Source: Alphaproteobacteria bacterium
GTDB taxonomy: Bacteria > Pseudomonadota > Alphaproteobacteria > UBA828
Length of the DNA stretch: 64,000 bases
Assembly (NCBI GenBank): GCA_965214705.1
Contig: OZ243972.1
Span: 1,280,001 to 1,344,000 of the forward strand
Direction: 5' to 3'
The number at the start of each line of letters is the position of its first letter. Position 1 is the first letter of the stretch. The translations under genes and the position numbers were made by a program. This document shows positions 28,749 through 38,963 of the stretch, piece by piece. Under the pieces are notes generated by a model. That model was not told where the DNA came from, did not search any database, and saw nothing but the letters and a program-made list of their open reading frames with translations.

Positions 28749-29012
28749 TCATTCTTCCGTTTCCTCGGGTTCTTCGGTCTCTTCGGACTCCCCGGTCGAC
28801 TCCGAATCGTCGCTCCCCTCCGGGGGCGAGCCCCGCTTGTGCCGCGCCATCCAGTCGTCGAGGTCGGCGCGGTCGTAGATCACCCGGCGGCCCCACCTGG
28901 CATAGGGCGGACCGTCGCCCGCCCAGCGCATCCGGTGCAGAGTCGTAGGACTGAGACCGACATAGGCGGCGGCCTGCCGCGTGTCGAGATAGCGGGGCGC
29001 GAGCTCGTTCAT
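28749..29012 (-). CDS. RdfS/AlpA-like HTH excisionase-regulator
   Basis: PRYLDTRQAAAYVGLS...GDGPPYARWGRRVIYDRADLDDW. Confidence 0.85.
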   Translation of the reverse strand: MNELAPRYLDTRQAAAYVGLSPTTLHRMRWAGDGPPYARWGRRVIYDRADLDDWMARHKRGSPPEGSDDSESTGESEETEEPEETEE

Positions 29013-29060
29013 GGCGTCTCTCCGGCAATGGACCGGAGCGCAATGAACCAGCCTGCGGTC

Positions 29061-29111
29061 GCCGCCGGCAGGGGAGATTCCAGAGCCTCCCCGGAATCTC
29101 CCCCCGGCGGC
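29061..29111. promoter_or_regulatory. Inverted repeat upstream of the rdfS-like gene
   Basis: GCCGCCGG-ca-GGGGAGATTCC N11 GGAATCTCCCC-CCGGCGGC. Confidence 0.55.
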
Positions 29112-29140
29112 GGTGCGGCGTGTGGCGGACCGCCGCCGGC

Positions 29141-29862
29141 CTATGCTTCCGCGAGGAGCTTCAGGTAGCCGCCGTTCATGAGCCAGAGGGACCTGGCGAC
29201 GCGCCAGCGCACGCGCGCCCGTATGGGGCTGTCCGTACGCCACTCCTTCGCCACCTTCCTCTTCCCGTAGAGATCGACGGCGATCAGACGGTGGCTCTTG
29301 CCGGCGAGCCTGGCGTCGAGGACAAGGAGCAGTTCCTCGTCCGTTACCCGCCGGCGGCCTCTTTTTTGGTCTTCGCCCTGCCGATGGGCCACAGCTCGGC
29401 GACCCGCTGCAACCGCTCCTGCAGGTCGCTCGAGGGCGGCAATCGCAGCAGGTCGACTCCGCCGGCCGGATCGAACGCTGCACCGTCGGCGATCCGAATC
29501 TGCACGGAGTCCTCGCCCTGTTCGACCTTGACGATCATCGGTCCGCTCTTGAGGCGCAGCCCCGACAGCCTCACGTCCGGCACGCCCAGCAGCTCCGCAA
29601 GCGCCGGCGCCCCCGGCATCGGCATGGCCTCCAGCGTCGGCGCCTCCGTCCAGAACGGCGACGCCGGACCCGCCTCGTCCAGCGGGTCCTCCCAGGCGAG
29701 CAAGCCCCACGAGGCCGCTTCGAGATCGCCCTCTGTCTGCCGCCGCAACGGGAAGGGTGCCGCCTCGACCCGTGCCGGCTCCGCACATGCTCGCCGCGCT
29801 TCCCTGTAGGCAGGGTTCCGTTGCAGGAACTTCCAGGCTCTGGCCGCTTCGGTGTTGCTCAT
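29141..29862 (-). CDS. FseA-like activator (DUF6499 + DUF2285) split by a -1 frameshift
   Basis: AWKFLQRNPAY in frame 0; LDARLAGKSHRLIA...NGGYLKLL in -1 frame; frames overlap at A6 (29362-29367). Confidence 0.8.
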
Positions 29863-30173
29863 GATCTTTCTTCCTTTGGTTGCCGAGGATGAACTCGGGT
29901 CGGCGCCTCCTTGCGGGGCGCGCCGATTCCAGGGAACGGCGGTACGTCCGTGCCTGCGCCTTGCCGAGCGAAAGACGTCGCGAAGAAGCCGGCGTATGTT
30001 CCGGGCCGTTCATGTCCGGTGCGGCGGTGTGCACGCCACAAGGGACGCAACGACGATCCCGCTTCGCTCGGCGCTTGCACCTTCGCCCTGCTCCCGGACC
30101 GGCGTGCGTTTCGAGTCGGACCGCAGTATATTCCGTATCGAACGAGAAAACGCTCCGAATTGGACAGAGACCC

Positions 30174-31433
30174 ATGTCCAACCAGATCGTCGACCGCAAT
30201 GCGTTCGTGGCGCGCCACGCCGAGGCGCGGGTCCGCGAAGCGCTGACCGATACCCGGATCGTGGCCATCGTCGGCCCGCGCCAGTCCGGCAAGACCACGC
30301 TCGCACGCCACATCGCCGACGGCGACGGCCGCACCTTCATCACCCTCGACGACGACCAGTTCAGGCGCTTCGCCGAAGACGATCCCATCGGCTTCATGCG
30401 CGGACAGAACTCCCTCGTCATCGACGAAATCCAGCGCGCGCCGGGACTCGTCCTCGCCCTCAAGAAGGCCGCCGACGAGGATCCGCAGCCGGGGCGCTTC
30501 CTGATCACCGGCTCGGTCGACCTGTTCAGGGGCTCGATCTCGCCCGACTCGCTGGCCGGCCGGGTGGAAACCGTCGAGCTGCTGCCGTTCTCGCAGGCCG
30601 AGATCGCAGGCGCCGGCCCCTCCCGGTTCCTCGACCGCGCCTTCGCCGGCGACTTCCCCGCCCTCGCAGCCACGGGCGTGACCGAAGGTCTGATCGACCG
30701 GGTCCTGTCCGGCGGTTTCCCGCCGGCCCTGTCCCGCCCGTCGCCGGGGCGCCGCGCGGCCTGGCTGCGCGCCTATGCCCGCTCGCTCGCCGACCGCGAC
30801 GTCTCCGACATCGCCGCCGTCGACAAGCGCGACGAAATGGCCCGCCTGATCGACCATGCGGCCGTGTCCGCAGGCCGGCTCCTCAACATGTCCTCCCTCG
30901 GATCGCACCTCGGCGTGGACAGCAAGACGGTCGACCGCTGGCTCGTCCTGCTCGAGCACATGTTCCTGGTCCGCCGCATTCGCGCCTGGCACCGCAGTGG
31001 GCTGAAGAGGCTCGTCAAGACGCCCAAGCTGCAATTCATGGACTCCGGCCTCCTCGCGGCCCTCCAGCGGGTGGGACCGGCCGACATCGCCAAGGACCGC
31101 CAGAAGCTCGGACCGCTCCTCGAATGCTTCGTCCATGCCGAGGTCGCCAAGGCCGCTGCGCTCGCCGAGGAACCGACGGCGATCGCCCACTACCGCGACA
31201 AGGACAAGGTCGAAGTCGACCTGGTCCTCGAGCGCCCGCCCGGCGCGGTCGTCGGCATCGAGGTCAAGGCGGGTGCGACGGCGCGGCCGGAGCAATTCCG
31301 GGGACTGGCGCGGCTGCAGGAAGCCACGGGCCGCCGCTTCGCCTGCGGCATCGTTCTCCACGACGGCGAGCGCGTGCAGCGGGCGGCGCCCGGATTGTTC
31401 GCCATGCCCTTCAGGATGCTCTGGCAGGCCTGA
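30174..31433 (+). CDS. AAA ATPase with DUF4143 domain
   Basis: GPRQSGKTT, IDEIQR, LITGS, DSLAGR, EVDLVLE...IEVK. Confidence 0.9.
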   Translation: MSNQIVDRNAFVARHAEARVREALTDTRIVAIVGPRQSGKTTLARHIADGDGRTFITLDDDQFRRFAEDDPIGFMRGQNSLVIDEIQRAPGLVLALKKAADEDPQPGRFLITGSVDLFRGSISPDSLAGRVETVELLPFSQAEIAGAGPSRFLDRAFAGDFPALAATGVTEGLIDRVLSGGFPPALSRPSPGRRAAWLRAYARSLADRDVSDIAAVDKRDEMARLIDHAAVSAGRLLNMSSLGSHLGVDSKTVDRWLVLLEHMFLVRRIRAWHRSGLKRLVKTPKLQFMDSGLLAALQRVGPADIAKDRQKLGPLLECFVHAEVAKAAALAEEPTAIAHYRDKDKVEVDLVLERPPGAVVGIEVKAGATARPEQFRGLARLQEATGRRFACGIVLHDGERVQRAAPGLFAMPFRMLWQA

Positions 31434-31847
31434 ACCTCGAAGCCTCGCCTCGGCGTGGCCTTGGCCGAGGGGGTTTCCCACGCGGCAGGGGAGTCCGGCT
31501 CGCGCCCGGCGGAGAGGGGCCCATCGGGCGATCAGGCGGTCTTCCAAATCGGCGAAGGAGGACGTGCGCCGGCGGCGGCGGGGAGCAGGGAAGCCGGGCA
31601 GCGGTCGAACCGCCGGCATGCGCTTCGCGGCCGGTCCGGCCCGGTGCGTGGCCGGCCCTTCCGGCGGTTCGCGTCCCGCCGAGCGCGGGAACGCGGTTGC
31701 GGCGCACCTGACCCTCCCCTCCGGCATCGGCTTGGTAACCCCGGTCCCTTCGAACTATGGTGCGGGCGTGCGGACGGTCCGACACGGGAACCCATGCCCG
31801 CCGACCGCCGCGGGCACATCGCCGGTGAATTCGACCGAGTCGTTTCG

Positions 31848-34800
31848 ATGATGAAGCTTGAGAGCATCCTTCCCGGCACCCGGCTCGCGGGCATCCTCGG
31901 CGACGGCGCGGTGGAGGTCGTCGCCACCCGCGCCTACGGACCCGGCGCCGTCGAGGTGACCTGGAAGGGGCCGGACGGGCTCGGCCAGCGGATTCTCTTC
32001 CGCGACGACGAGCCCCGGCTCGGGGAGGTCTCGCCGGGCCGCCGGTTCGCCTTCGACGGCGACGGCCGCCTGTTCCGGCTGGCCTCCGAGGCGCTGCGCA
32101 TCCGCCTCGCCCATCTCTTCGATCCCCATGTCGCCGTCAATGCCTCGCGGATCGAACCGCTCCCGCATCAGTTGACGGCCGTCTACGGCGCCATGCTCGA
32201 CCGCCAGCCGCTGCGCTTCCTGCTGGCCGACGACCCGGGCGCCGGCAAGACCGTTATGGCCGGGCTGCTGGTCAAGGAGTTGCTGATCCGGGGCAGCCTC
32301 GAGCGCTGCCTGATCGTCGCGCCCGGCAGCCTGGTCGAGCAGTGGCAGGACGAACTCATGGACAAGTTCGATCTCGCCTTCGACATCCTGAGCCGGGAGC
32401 AGGTCGAATCCTCGGCGACCGGCAACCCCTTCGCCGAACGGCCGCGCCTCATCGCCAGGCTCGACATGCTGGCCCGTAACGACGATCTCAAGGCGAAACT
32501 GGAATCCGCGCCCGAATGGGACCTCATCGTCTGCGACGAAGCGCACCGCATGTCCGCGAGCTTCTTCGGACAGGAGGTCAAGTACACCAGGCGCTTCCAG
32601 CTGGGTGTGCTGGCCGGCAGGCTCGCGCGACACTTCCTGCTGATGACGGCGACGCCGCACAACGGCAAGGAGGCCGATTTCCAGCTCTTCATGGGGCTTC
32701 TCGACGCGGACCGGTTCGAGGGGCGCTTCCGGGAAGGAGTCCACAAGGTCGATCCCTCCGACATGATGCGCCGGCTCACCAAGGAAGAGCTGTTCCGCTT
32801 CGACGGCAGCCCGCTCTTCCCCGAACGCCGGGCGTACACCGTCTCCTATGCGCTGTCGCCGCGCGAGGCCGCACTCTACGAGGCGGTCACCCACTACGTC
32901 CGCGAGGAGATGAACCGCGCCGACCGCCTGTCCGAAGACGGCTCCAGACGGCGGAACAACGTGGGCTTCGCGCTGCAGATCCTCCAGCGCCGCCTCGCGT
33001 CCTCTCCGGCCGCGATTCACGAATCGCTCAAGCGGCGCCTGTCGCGCCTCGAAGCGCGCCTGCAGGAAGAGAGGCTCGGGCAGGCGGGCGGCGGATCCGC
33101 CGGGCCGCTTTCGCGGCCGGAAGCCCCACCAGCGCTCGACGAGGACGACCTGGAAGAGGCATCAGGAGAGGAGCTGGAGGCCCACGAGGACACCCTTCTG
33201 GATCGGGCCACGGCGGCGCAGACCGTCGCCGAGCTCGAAGCGGAAATCGCCAGGCTCGGAGGTCTCGAACGCATGGCCGGCGCCCTCCGGCGCTCCGGCG
33301 AGGACACCAAGTGGCGCGAGCTCGACCGCATCCTCGACGATCCCCTGGTGCACGACCCCGCACGGGACATCGGGCGCAAGATCGTCATCTTCACCGAGGC
33401 GCGCGACACCCTGGAATACCTGGCGGGACGCATCCGCGGCCGTACCGGCGAGGCGGAGAGCGTCGCGGTCATCCACGGCGGCGTCCCGCGCGACCGGCGG
33501 CGGGCCACGATCGCCGCCTTCAACGACGATCCCGCGGTCCGCTTCCTGCTGGCGAACGACGCGGCGGGAGAGGGTGTCAACCTCCAGCGCGGCGCCCACC
33601 TCATGGTCAACTACGACCTGCCGTGGAACCCGAACCGCCTGGAGCAGCGCTTCGGGCGCATCCACCGGATCGGCCAGACCGAGGTCTGCCACCTGTGGAA
33701 CCTGGTCGCGAGCGAGACCCGCGAAGGCGCGGTCTACCGTCGGCTCCTGGAGAAGCTGGAGACGGCGCGGGAGACCCTCGGCGGCAAGGTCTACGACGTG
33801 CTGGGCGAGCTGTTCGAGGCGCGGCCCCTGCGGGAGCTGTTCATGGAGGCGATCAGGTACGGAGAGCGGCCGGAGGTGCGCGAGCGCCTGTTCCGGGCGA
33901 TCGACGGCGCGGTCGACGTCGACAACATCAACGACCTCGTCGCCCGCAACAAGCTCACGCAGGAAGGTCTCGATCCAACGACGGTGCGGAGCGTGCGGGA
34001 GGATATGGAGCGGGCGGCCGCGCGCCGGCTCCAGCCGCATCACATCCGCTCTTTCTTCGAAGCCGCCTTCGCCGAGGCGGGCGGTGTCCTGCGCCCGCGC
34101 GAGAAGGGGCGCTTCGAGGTCACGCGCGTGCCGCCGATCCTGCGCGACCGCGACCGCCTGATCGGGCGCGCCGATCCGGTGCTGCCGCGCTACCGGCGTA
34201 TCTGCTTCGACAAGGAGCACATCTCAGGCCAGCCGCAGGCCGCGCTGGTGGCGCCGGGCCATCCCTTGCTCGACTCCCTGATCGACCTCACGCTGGAACG
34301 CTACCGGGACCTGCTCGCGCGAGGCGCGGTGCTGGTGGACGCGACGGACCGGCACGAGGGCCTGCGCGTTCTGATCGCGCTGCGCCATGCCGTCCGCGAC
34401 GGCCGGACGACACGGCACGGCAGGCCGCAATCGATCTCCGAGCGGCTCCAGTTCGTCTGGCTCGACGAGGCCGGCAGGGCAATCGACGGCGGACCGGCGC
34501 CCTATCTCGATTGCCGCCCGCCGAGAGAGGAAGAGCGCGGCCGGTTGGCGGACCTGATGGAAGCACCCTGGCTCAAGGAGCCCCTGGAGGAGCGGGCGCG
34601 GACTCTCGCGGTCACCGGTCTCGTGCCGCGGCACCTGAGCGAGGTGAAGGAACGGCGCCTTGCCGAGCTTGACAAGATCGAGGCCGCGGTCAAGGAGCGA
34701 ATGCGCCGGGAGATTGCCCATCTTCAGCACCGCGCCCTCGAGATTGAAGCCGAAGAACGGGCCGGCAAGAAGCCCCGGCTCAATTCCGAGAATGTCCGGC

Positions 34801-35393
34801 GCCAGGTAGAGCCCCTGACCGACCGGCTGGAGCAGCGGCTTGCCGAGATCGCGCGGCAGCGCGACATCGCTCCGCTGCCGCCGGAGATCTGCGCCGCGGC
34901 GCTGGTGGTTCCGGCCAGGTTGCTGGCTTCGGAGAATACCGACGAAGAAGCCGCTGCCGGTGTTGCCGATGCCGCCGACCCGCTCTCCCGCGCGGAGGTC
35001 GAGGCCATGGCCATGCAGGCGGTCATGGAGCGCGAGCGGAGCCTGGGCTTCGAGCCCCGCGACGTCTCCGCCGAAAACCGGGGCTACGATATCGAGAGTA
35101 CCGATCCCGGGACCGGGCGGCTCCGCTTCATCGAGGTCAAGGGGCGGCGCGCCGACGCCCGCGCCGTCGCAATCACACGCAACGAGATGCTGGCGGCGCT
35201 CAACTCTGGCGACTCCTTCATCCTGGCCGTGGTGTTCGTCGACGGAGAGTCGGTGCATGAACCTCTCTATGTGCCCGACCCCGCTCCGGTGTTCGGCCCG
35301 GAGCCAGGCTTCAACGAGGTCCACCGCGCGATCTCCGTGGCCTCGATCGAGGCAGCGGCGCAACAGAGACGATCCGCAGGGAAGCGACCGTGA
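31848..35393 (+). CDS. SNF2-family helicase with C-terminal DUF3883 nuclease-like domain
   Basis: LADDPGAGKT, DEAH, TATPH, QRFGRIHRIG; GYDIES...FIEVKG...TRNE. Confidence 0.92.
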   Translation: MMKLESILPGTRLAGILGDGAVEVVATRAYGPGAVEVTWKGPDGLGQRILFRDDEPRLGEVSPGRRFAFDGDGRLFRLASEALRIRLAHLFDPHVAVNASRIEPLPHQLTAVYGAMLDRQPLRFLLADDPGAGKTVMAGLLVKELLIRGSLERCLIVAPGSLVEQWQDELMDKFDLAFDILSREQVESSATGNPFAERPRLIARLDMLARNDDLKAKLESAPEWDLIVCDEAHRMSASFFGQEVKYTRRFQLGVLAGRLARHFLLMTATPHNGKEADFQLFMGLLDADRFEGRFREGVHKVDPSDMMRRLTKEELFRFDGSPLFPERRAYTVSYALSPREAALYEAVTHYVREEMNRADRLSEDGSRRRNNVGFALQILQRRLASSPAAIHESLKRRLSRLEARLQEERLGQAGGGSAGPLSRPEAPPALDEDDLEEASGEELEAHEDTLLDRATAAQTVAELEAEIARLGGLERMAGALRRSGEDTKWRELDRILDDPLVHDPARDIGRKIVIFTEARDTLEYLAGRIRGRTGEAESVAVIHGGVPRDRRRATIAAFNDDPAVRFLLANDAAGEGVNLQRGAHLMVNYDLPWNPNRLEQRFGRIHRIGQTEVCHLWNLVASETREGAVYRRLLEKLETARETLGGKVYDVLGELFEARPLRELFMEAIRYGERPEVRERLFRAIDGAVDVDNINDLVARNKLTQEGLDPTTVRSVREDMERAAARRLQPHHIRSFFEAAFAEAGGVLRPREKGRFEVTRVPPILRDRDRLIGRADPVLPRYRRICFDKEHISGQPQAALVAPGHPLLDSLIDLTLERYRDLLARGAVLVDATDRHEGLRVLIALRHAVRDGRTTRHGRPQSISERLQFVWLDEAGRAIDGGPAPYLDCRPPREEERGRLADLMEAPWLKEPLEERARTLAVTGLVPRHLSEVKERRLAELDKIEAAVKERMRREIAHLQHRALEIEAEERAGKKPRLNSENVRRQVEPLTDRLEQRLAEIARQRDIAPLPPEICAAALVVPARLLASENTDEEAAAGVADAADPLSRAEVEAMAMQAVMERERSLGFEPRDVSAENRGYDIESTDPGTGRLRFIEVKGRRADARAVAITRNEMLAALNSGDSFILAVVFVDGESVHEPLYVPDPAPVFGPEPGFNEVHRAISVASIEAAAQQRRSAGKRP

Positions 35394-38287
35394 TGACCAT
35401 CCGGCGCAAGAAGCTCATCGAAGTCTCGCTGCCGCTCGAGGCCATCAACAGGGCATCGGCCAAGGAGAAGTCTATCCGGCACGGGCACCCCTCCACACTG
35501 CATCTGTGGTGGGCGAGGCGGCCGCTGGCGGCCTGCCGGGCCGTTCTGTTCGCTCAACTCGTCGACGACCCGTCCGCCTGGCCGGAGGAGTTCCCGACAG
35601 AGGATGACCAGGCGCGCGAGCGCAAGCGTCTGCACGGGATCATCGCCGAGATGATGCCGTGGGAGGCAGCCAACGACGAGCACATCCTCGCCAAGGCGCG
35701 GTACGAGATTGCCCGTTCGCTCGCTCGCGGCCAGGGCGAGCCGCCCCCGCCGCAACACGATCCGGAGGCGGTTCTGTCATATCTCGCCGAGCACGCGCCG
35801 CCGGTCTGCGACCCGTTCTGCGGCGGAGGCTCGATCCCGCTGGAAGCGCAGCGGCTCGGCCTGAAGGCGCACGGCTCGGACCTCAATCCGGTCGCTGTGC
35901 TGGTCTCCAAGGCGACCTGCGAAATCCCGCCCAAATTCGCCGGCCGCCCGCCGGTCAACCCCGACCGCGATCCTCATGTGGCGTGGAAGGGGGCGCAAGG
36001 TCTGGCAGAGGACATTCGGTATTACGGCCGATGGATGCGGGACGAGGCCGAATCCCGGATCGGGCATCTCTATCCGAAGCTCGCTTTCAACGAAGCGCTG
36101 GCGACATCAAGGCCCGACCTCGAGCCCTATACCGGCAAGGAGCTGACCGTCATCGCCTGGCTCTGGGCGCGCACCGTCGCCTCGCCAGACCCGATGATGC
36201 AGGGAGCGCATGTGCCGTTGGCGAGCTCTTTCGTCCTGTCGTCGAAGAAGGGCAAGGAGGCCATAGCGGTGCCGGAGGTGAATCGAGAGAATGGCACCTA
36301 CCAGTTCACCGTGAAATCCGGCGGTATCGGTGCGGACGAGTTGGCGAAAGCCAGATCGGGAACGAAGGCCGCGCGCGGAGCCAACTTCGTCTGCCTCGTT
36401 TCGGGCGCTCCGATCTCCGGCGATCACATCAAGGCCGAGGGCATGGCGGGCCGCATGGGTGCCCGGCTGATGGTTGTTGTAGCGGAAGGCCAGCGTGGTC
36501 GCGTCTACCTCAATCCGGCCGAGGACATGGAGAAAGCCGCGCGCGCCGCAGAGCCGGAGTGGAGGCCTGAGCAACAACTGCCGAAGAACCCTCGCTGGTT
36601 TTCCCCGCCGGACTACGGCATGCCGCGTTACGCCGATCTCTTCACCGACCGGCAGCTGGTGGCGCTGACGACGTTCTCGGACTTGGTTTCGGAAGCGCGC
36701 GAGAAGGTGCTCGCGGATACGCTGTCTTCCGGCATGGACGCCGACGCGCCCCGCCTCGCCCACGGCGGCGCCGGCGCCGAAGCCTATGCCGACGCGGTGG
36801 CGACGTATTTGGGCTTGGGAATTGGCCGCGCTCTTGACTATTGGAGCAGCAACGCGACCTGGGTTAACAGCGGCGAATTCATCCGAAACACGTTCGCTCG
36901 GCAAGCTATCCCAATGGTCTGGGATTTCGCGGAAAGCAATCCGTTCAGTGGCGCGAGCGGCAATTGGGAAGACACGGCAATAGGATGGATTGACCGTGTG
37001 GTGGAGGCGCTAGGAATTTCCCACACTCCGGCTGCCGTCGTTCAGCAAGACGCCGCCGGCGAAACCCGACTGATTCACAACGCGATCGTCGCAACCGATC
37101 CCCCCTACTACGACAACATCGGCTACGCCGATCTCTCGGACTTCTTCTATGTCTGGCATCGCCGCACGCTGCGCAATGTATGGCCCGAACTGTTCCGCCG
37201 CGTGCTGGTACCCAAGGACGAGGAACTCGTCGCCACGCCATACCGTCACGGTGGAAGAGACGCCGCCGAACGGTTCTTCATGGAAGGCATGGGCAAGGCG
37301 CTGGCCAACATGCACGCTTCGGGGAGGGACGATTTTCCGGTCACGATCTACTACGCATTCAAGCAGTCCGAGATCGCCAAGGAAGGTCTGACCTCTCCGG
37401 GCTGGGCGACATTCCTGCAAGGCGTGGTGGATGCAGGCTATCTCGTTGACGGAACCTGGCCGGTAAGGACGGAGCGGACGGCTCGCTCCATCGGCATCGG
37501 AACCAACGCCCTCGCCTCGTCCATTGTCCTTGTCTGCCGTAAACGGGCCGAAGATGCGCCCGTCACCACGCGTCGTGAGTTCGTCTCCCGGCTGCGGGCC
37601 GAGCTGCCCGATGCGCTGGACAAGATCCGCGCCGGCGGCGTCAGCCCGGTGGACATGGCGCAGGCTTCGGTCGGTCCCGGCATGGGCGTCTTCACGGCTG
37701 CCTCGAACGTGTTGGAGCCGGACGACACGCCGATGACGGTGCGCACCGCGATCGCGCTCATCAACCAGGTGCGGGATGAACTCTCCGGAGAAGAGGCGAC
37801 GGGTTACGACGCCGATTCCCGCTTTTGTATCGACTGGTTCGACATCTTCGGCATGGATGCCGGCAAGTCAGGCGATGCGATCACCATGGCTCAAGCCTAC
37901 GGCATCGGGATCGACGATCTGGAAAACGCCGGCGTGTTCAGTGCCCGCGGCGGCTCGGCACGCTTGCTCCGCCGCGACGAGTTGCCGCCCGGCTGGAATC
38001 CCGAGACCGACAAGCGCCTCACCGACTGGGAATGCGCACAGCATCTGGCGCGGGTGCTGGACTCGCCCGCCGGCGGCCTCGACGCCGCAGCGAAGCTCTA
38101 TTCGAAGATGCCGCCTGAACGGGGCGACTCCGCGCGCATGCTCGCCTACCGCCTCTACGACATCTGCGAGCGCAAGGACCGCGCCTCCGAGGCGCAGGTC
38201 TGGAACATGCTCGCCCAGGAGTGGCCGGCGCTGGAAGCAACCGCGTTGCGCCTCGAGACCGAGGCTCCGGCACCGACGCTGTTGTGA
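35390..38287 (+). CDS. DUF1156 adenine DNA methyltransferase
   Basis: TLHLWWARRP, DPFCGGGSIPLEA, TDPPYYDNI. Confidence 0.93.
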   Translation: MMTIRRKKLIEVSLPLEAINRASAKEKSIRHGHPSTLHLWWARRPLAACRAVLFAQLVDDPSAWPEEFPTEDDQARERKRLHGIIAEMMPWEAANDEHILAKARYEIARSLARGQGEPPPPQHDPEAVLSYLAEHAPPVCDPFCGGGSIPLEAQRLGLKAHGSDLNPVAVLVSKATCEIPPKFAGRPPVNPDRDPHVAWKGAQGLAEDIRYYGRWMRDEAESRIGHLYPKLAFNEALATSRPDLEPYTGKELTVIAWLWARTVASPDPMMQGAHVPLASSFVLSSKKGKEAIAVPEVNRENGTYQFTVKSGGIGADELAKARSGTKAARGANFVCLVSGAPISGDHIKAEGMAGRMGARLMVVVAEGQRGRVYLNPAEDMEKAARAAEPEWRPEQQLPKNPRWFSPPDYGMPRYADLFTDRQLVALTTFSDLVSEAREKVLADTLSSGMDADAPRLAHGGAGAEAYADAVATYLGLGIGRALDYWSSNATWVNSGEFIRNTFARQAIPMVWDFAESNPFSGASGNWEDTAIGWIDRVVEALGISHTPAAVVQQDAAGETRLIHNAIVATDPPYYDNIGYADLSDFFYVWHRRTLRNVWPELFRRVLVPKDEELVATPYRHGGRDAAERFFMEGMGKALANMHASGRDDFPVTIYYAFKQSEIAKEGLTSPGWATFLQGVVDAGYLVDGTWPVRTERTARSIGIGTNALASSIVLVCRKRAEDAPVTTRREFVSRLRAELPDALDKIRAGGVSPVDMAQASVGPGMGVFTAASNVLEPDDTPMTVRTAIALINQVRDELSGEEATGYDADSRFCIDWFDIFGMDAGKSGDAITMAQAYGIGIDDLENAGVFSARGGSARLLRRDELPPGWNPETDKRLTDWECAQHLARVLDSPAGGLDAAAKLYSKMPPERGDSARMLAYRLYDICERKDRASEAQVWNMLAQEWPALEATALRLETEAPAPTLL

Positions 38288-38324
38288 GCGCAGGGATCGA
38301 GAATTCGGTGAAGTCCGCCGGATC

Positions 38325-38573
38325 ATGAAGACGACGCGATATTTCCGGGAGCAGGTTCTGCGCAAACGTCCCTATATCGACCCGGCATGGTGCGCGGTCG
38401 TCGCCGAGCCTCTGCGGCGCGAGGAGCAATCCGACGGCCGCATACGGTTCTGGGGAGAAGTCAGACGGGCCGGCGAGGACGCGCCTCGCATCCTTCGCGT
38501 CGTTACGCTGGACGACGGGGAAACGGTCCACAAAGCATTCCTCGACCGGGGTTTCGGAAGGGGAGAACGATGA
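38325..38573 (+). CDS. Small putative TA toxin (DUF4258/BrnT-like fold)
   Basis: 82 aa, DGRIRFWG...ILRVVTLDDGETVHKAFLDR; coupled to DUF2283. Confidence 0.65.
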   Translation: MKTTRYFREQVLRKRPYIDPAWCAVVAEPLRREEQSDGRIRFWGEVRRAGEDAPRILRVVTLDDGETVHKAFLDRGFGRGER

Positions 38574-38819
38574 AGCTGCACTACTATTGAAGCTGCACTA
38601 CTATTGAAGCTGCACTACTATAAGGAGACCGACAGCCTGTACATCGAATTCCGGCCCGGACCGGGGGCCGAGTCGCGGGAGGTTTCGGACGGGCTGAACG
38701 TCGATCTCGACAGCGAGGGCGGCGTGGTCGGATTCGATATCGACCATGCCTCGCGGCGGCTCGATCTATCCACGCTGGAGACCGAGTCGCTGCCGCTGCA
38801 TTCGATCAAAGTGGGATGA
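38570..38819 (+). CDS. DUF2283 putative antitoxin; ATG frame broken by a 17-bp triplication, TTG 38604 in frame
   Basis: YYKETDSLYIEF...DLDSEGGVVGFDI. Confidence 0.8.
38571..38621 (+). repeat. Three tandem copies of TGAAGCTGCACTACTAT
   Basis: Perfect 17-bp units at 38571, 38588, 38605. Confidence 0.95.
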
Positions 38820-38963
38820 CTGCCTGACGGCGATGCCCGAACCTGGCAGTTGGGGTGGGCGCCAATGCCCCGATTGCGGTAGCGGCAGCCTTTGACAGGC
38901 GCTTGCCCGCGGCACATATACAGGCAAGTCAGTATTACCGCGAATGTCGGGGAGGAGCGGGCC

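Noticed and set aside
2158-29168. Many long Arg/Pro/Gly-rich ORFs in alternative frames or antisense (e.g. 2158-5178, 25875-29168)
   Set aside because: Shadow ORFs of high-GC genes with no motifs; they overlap recognisable genes
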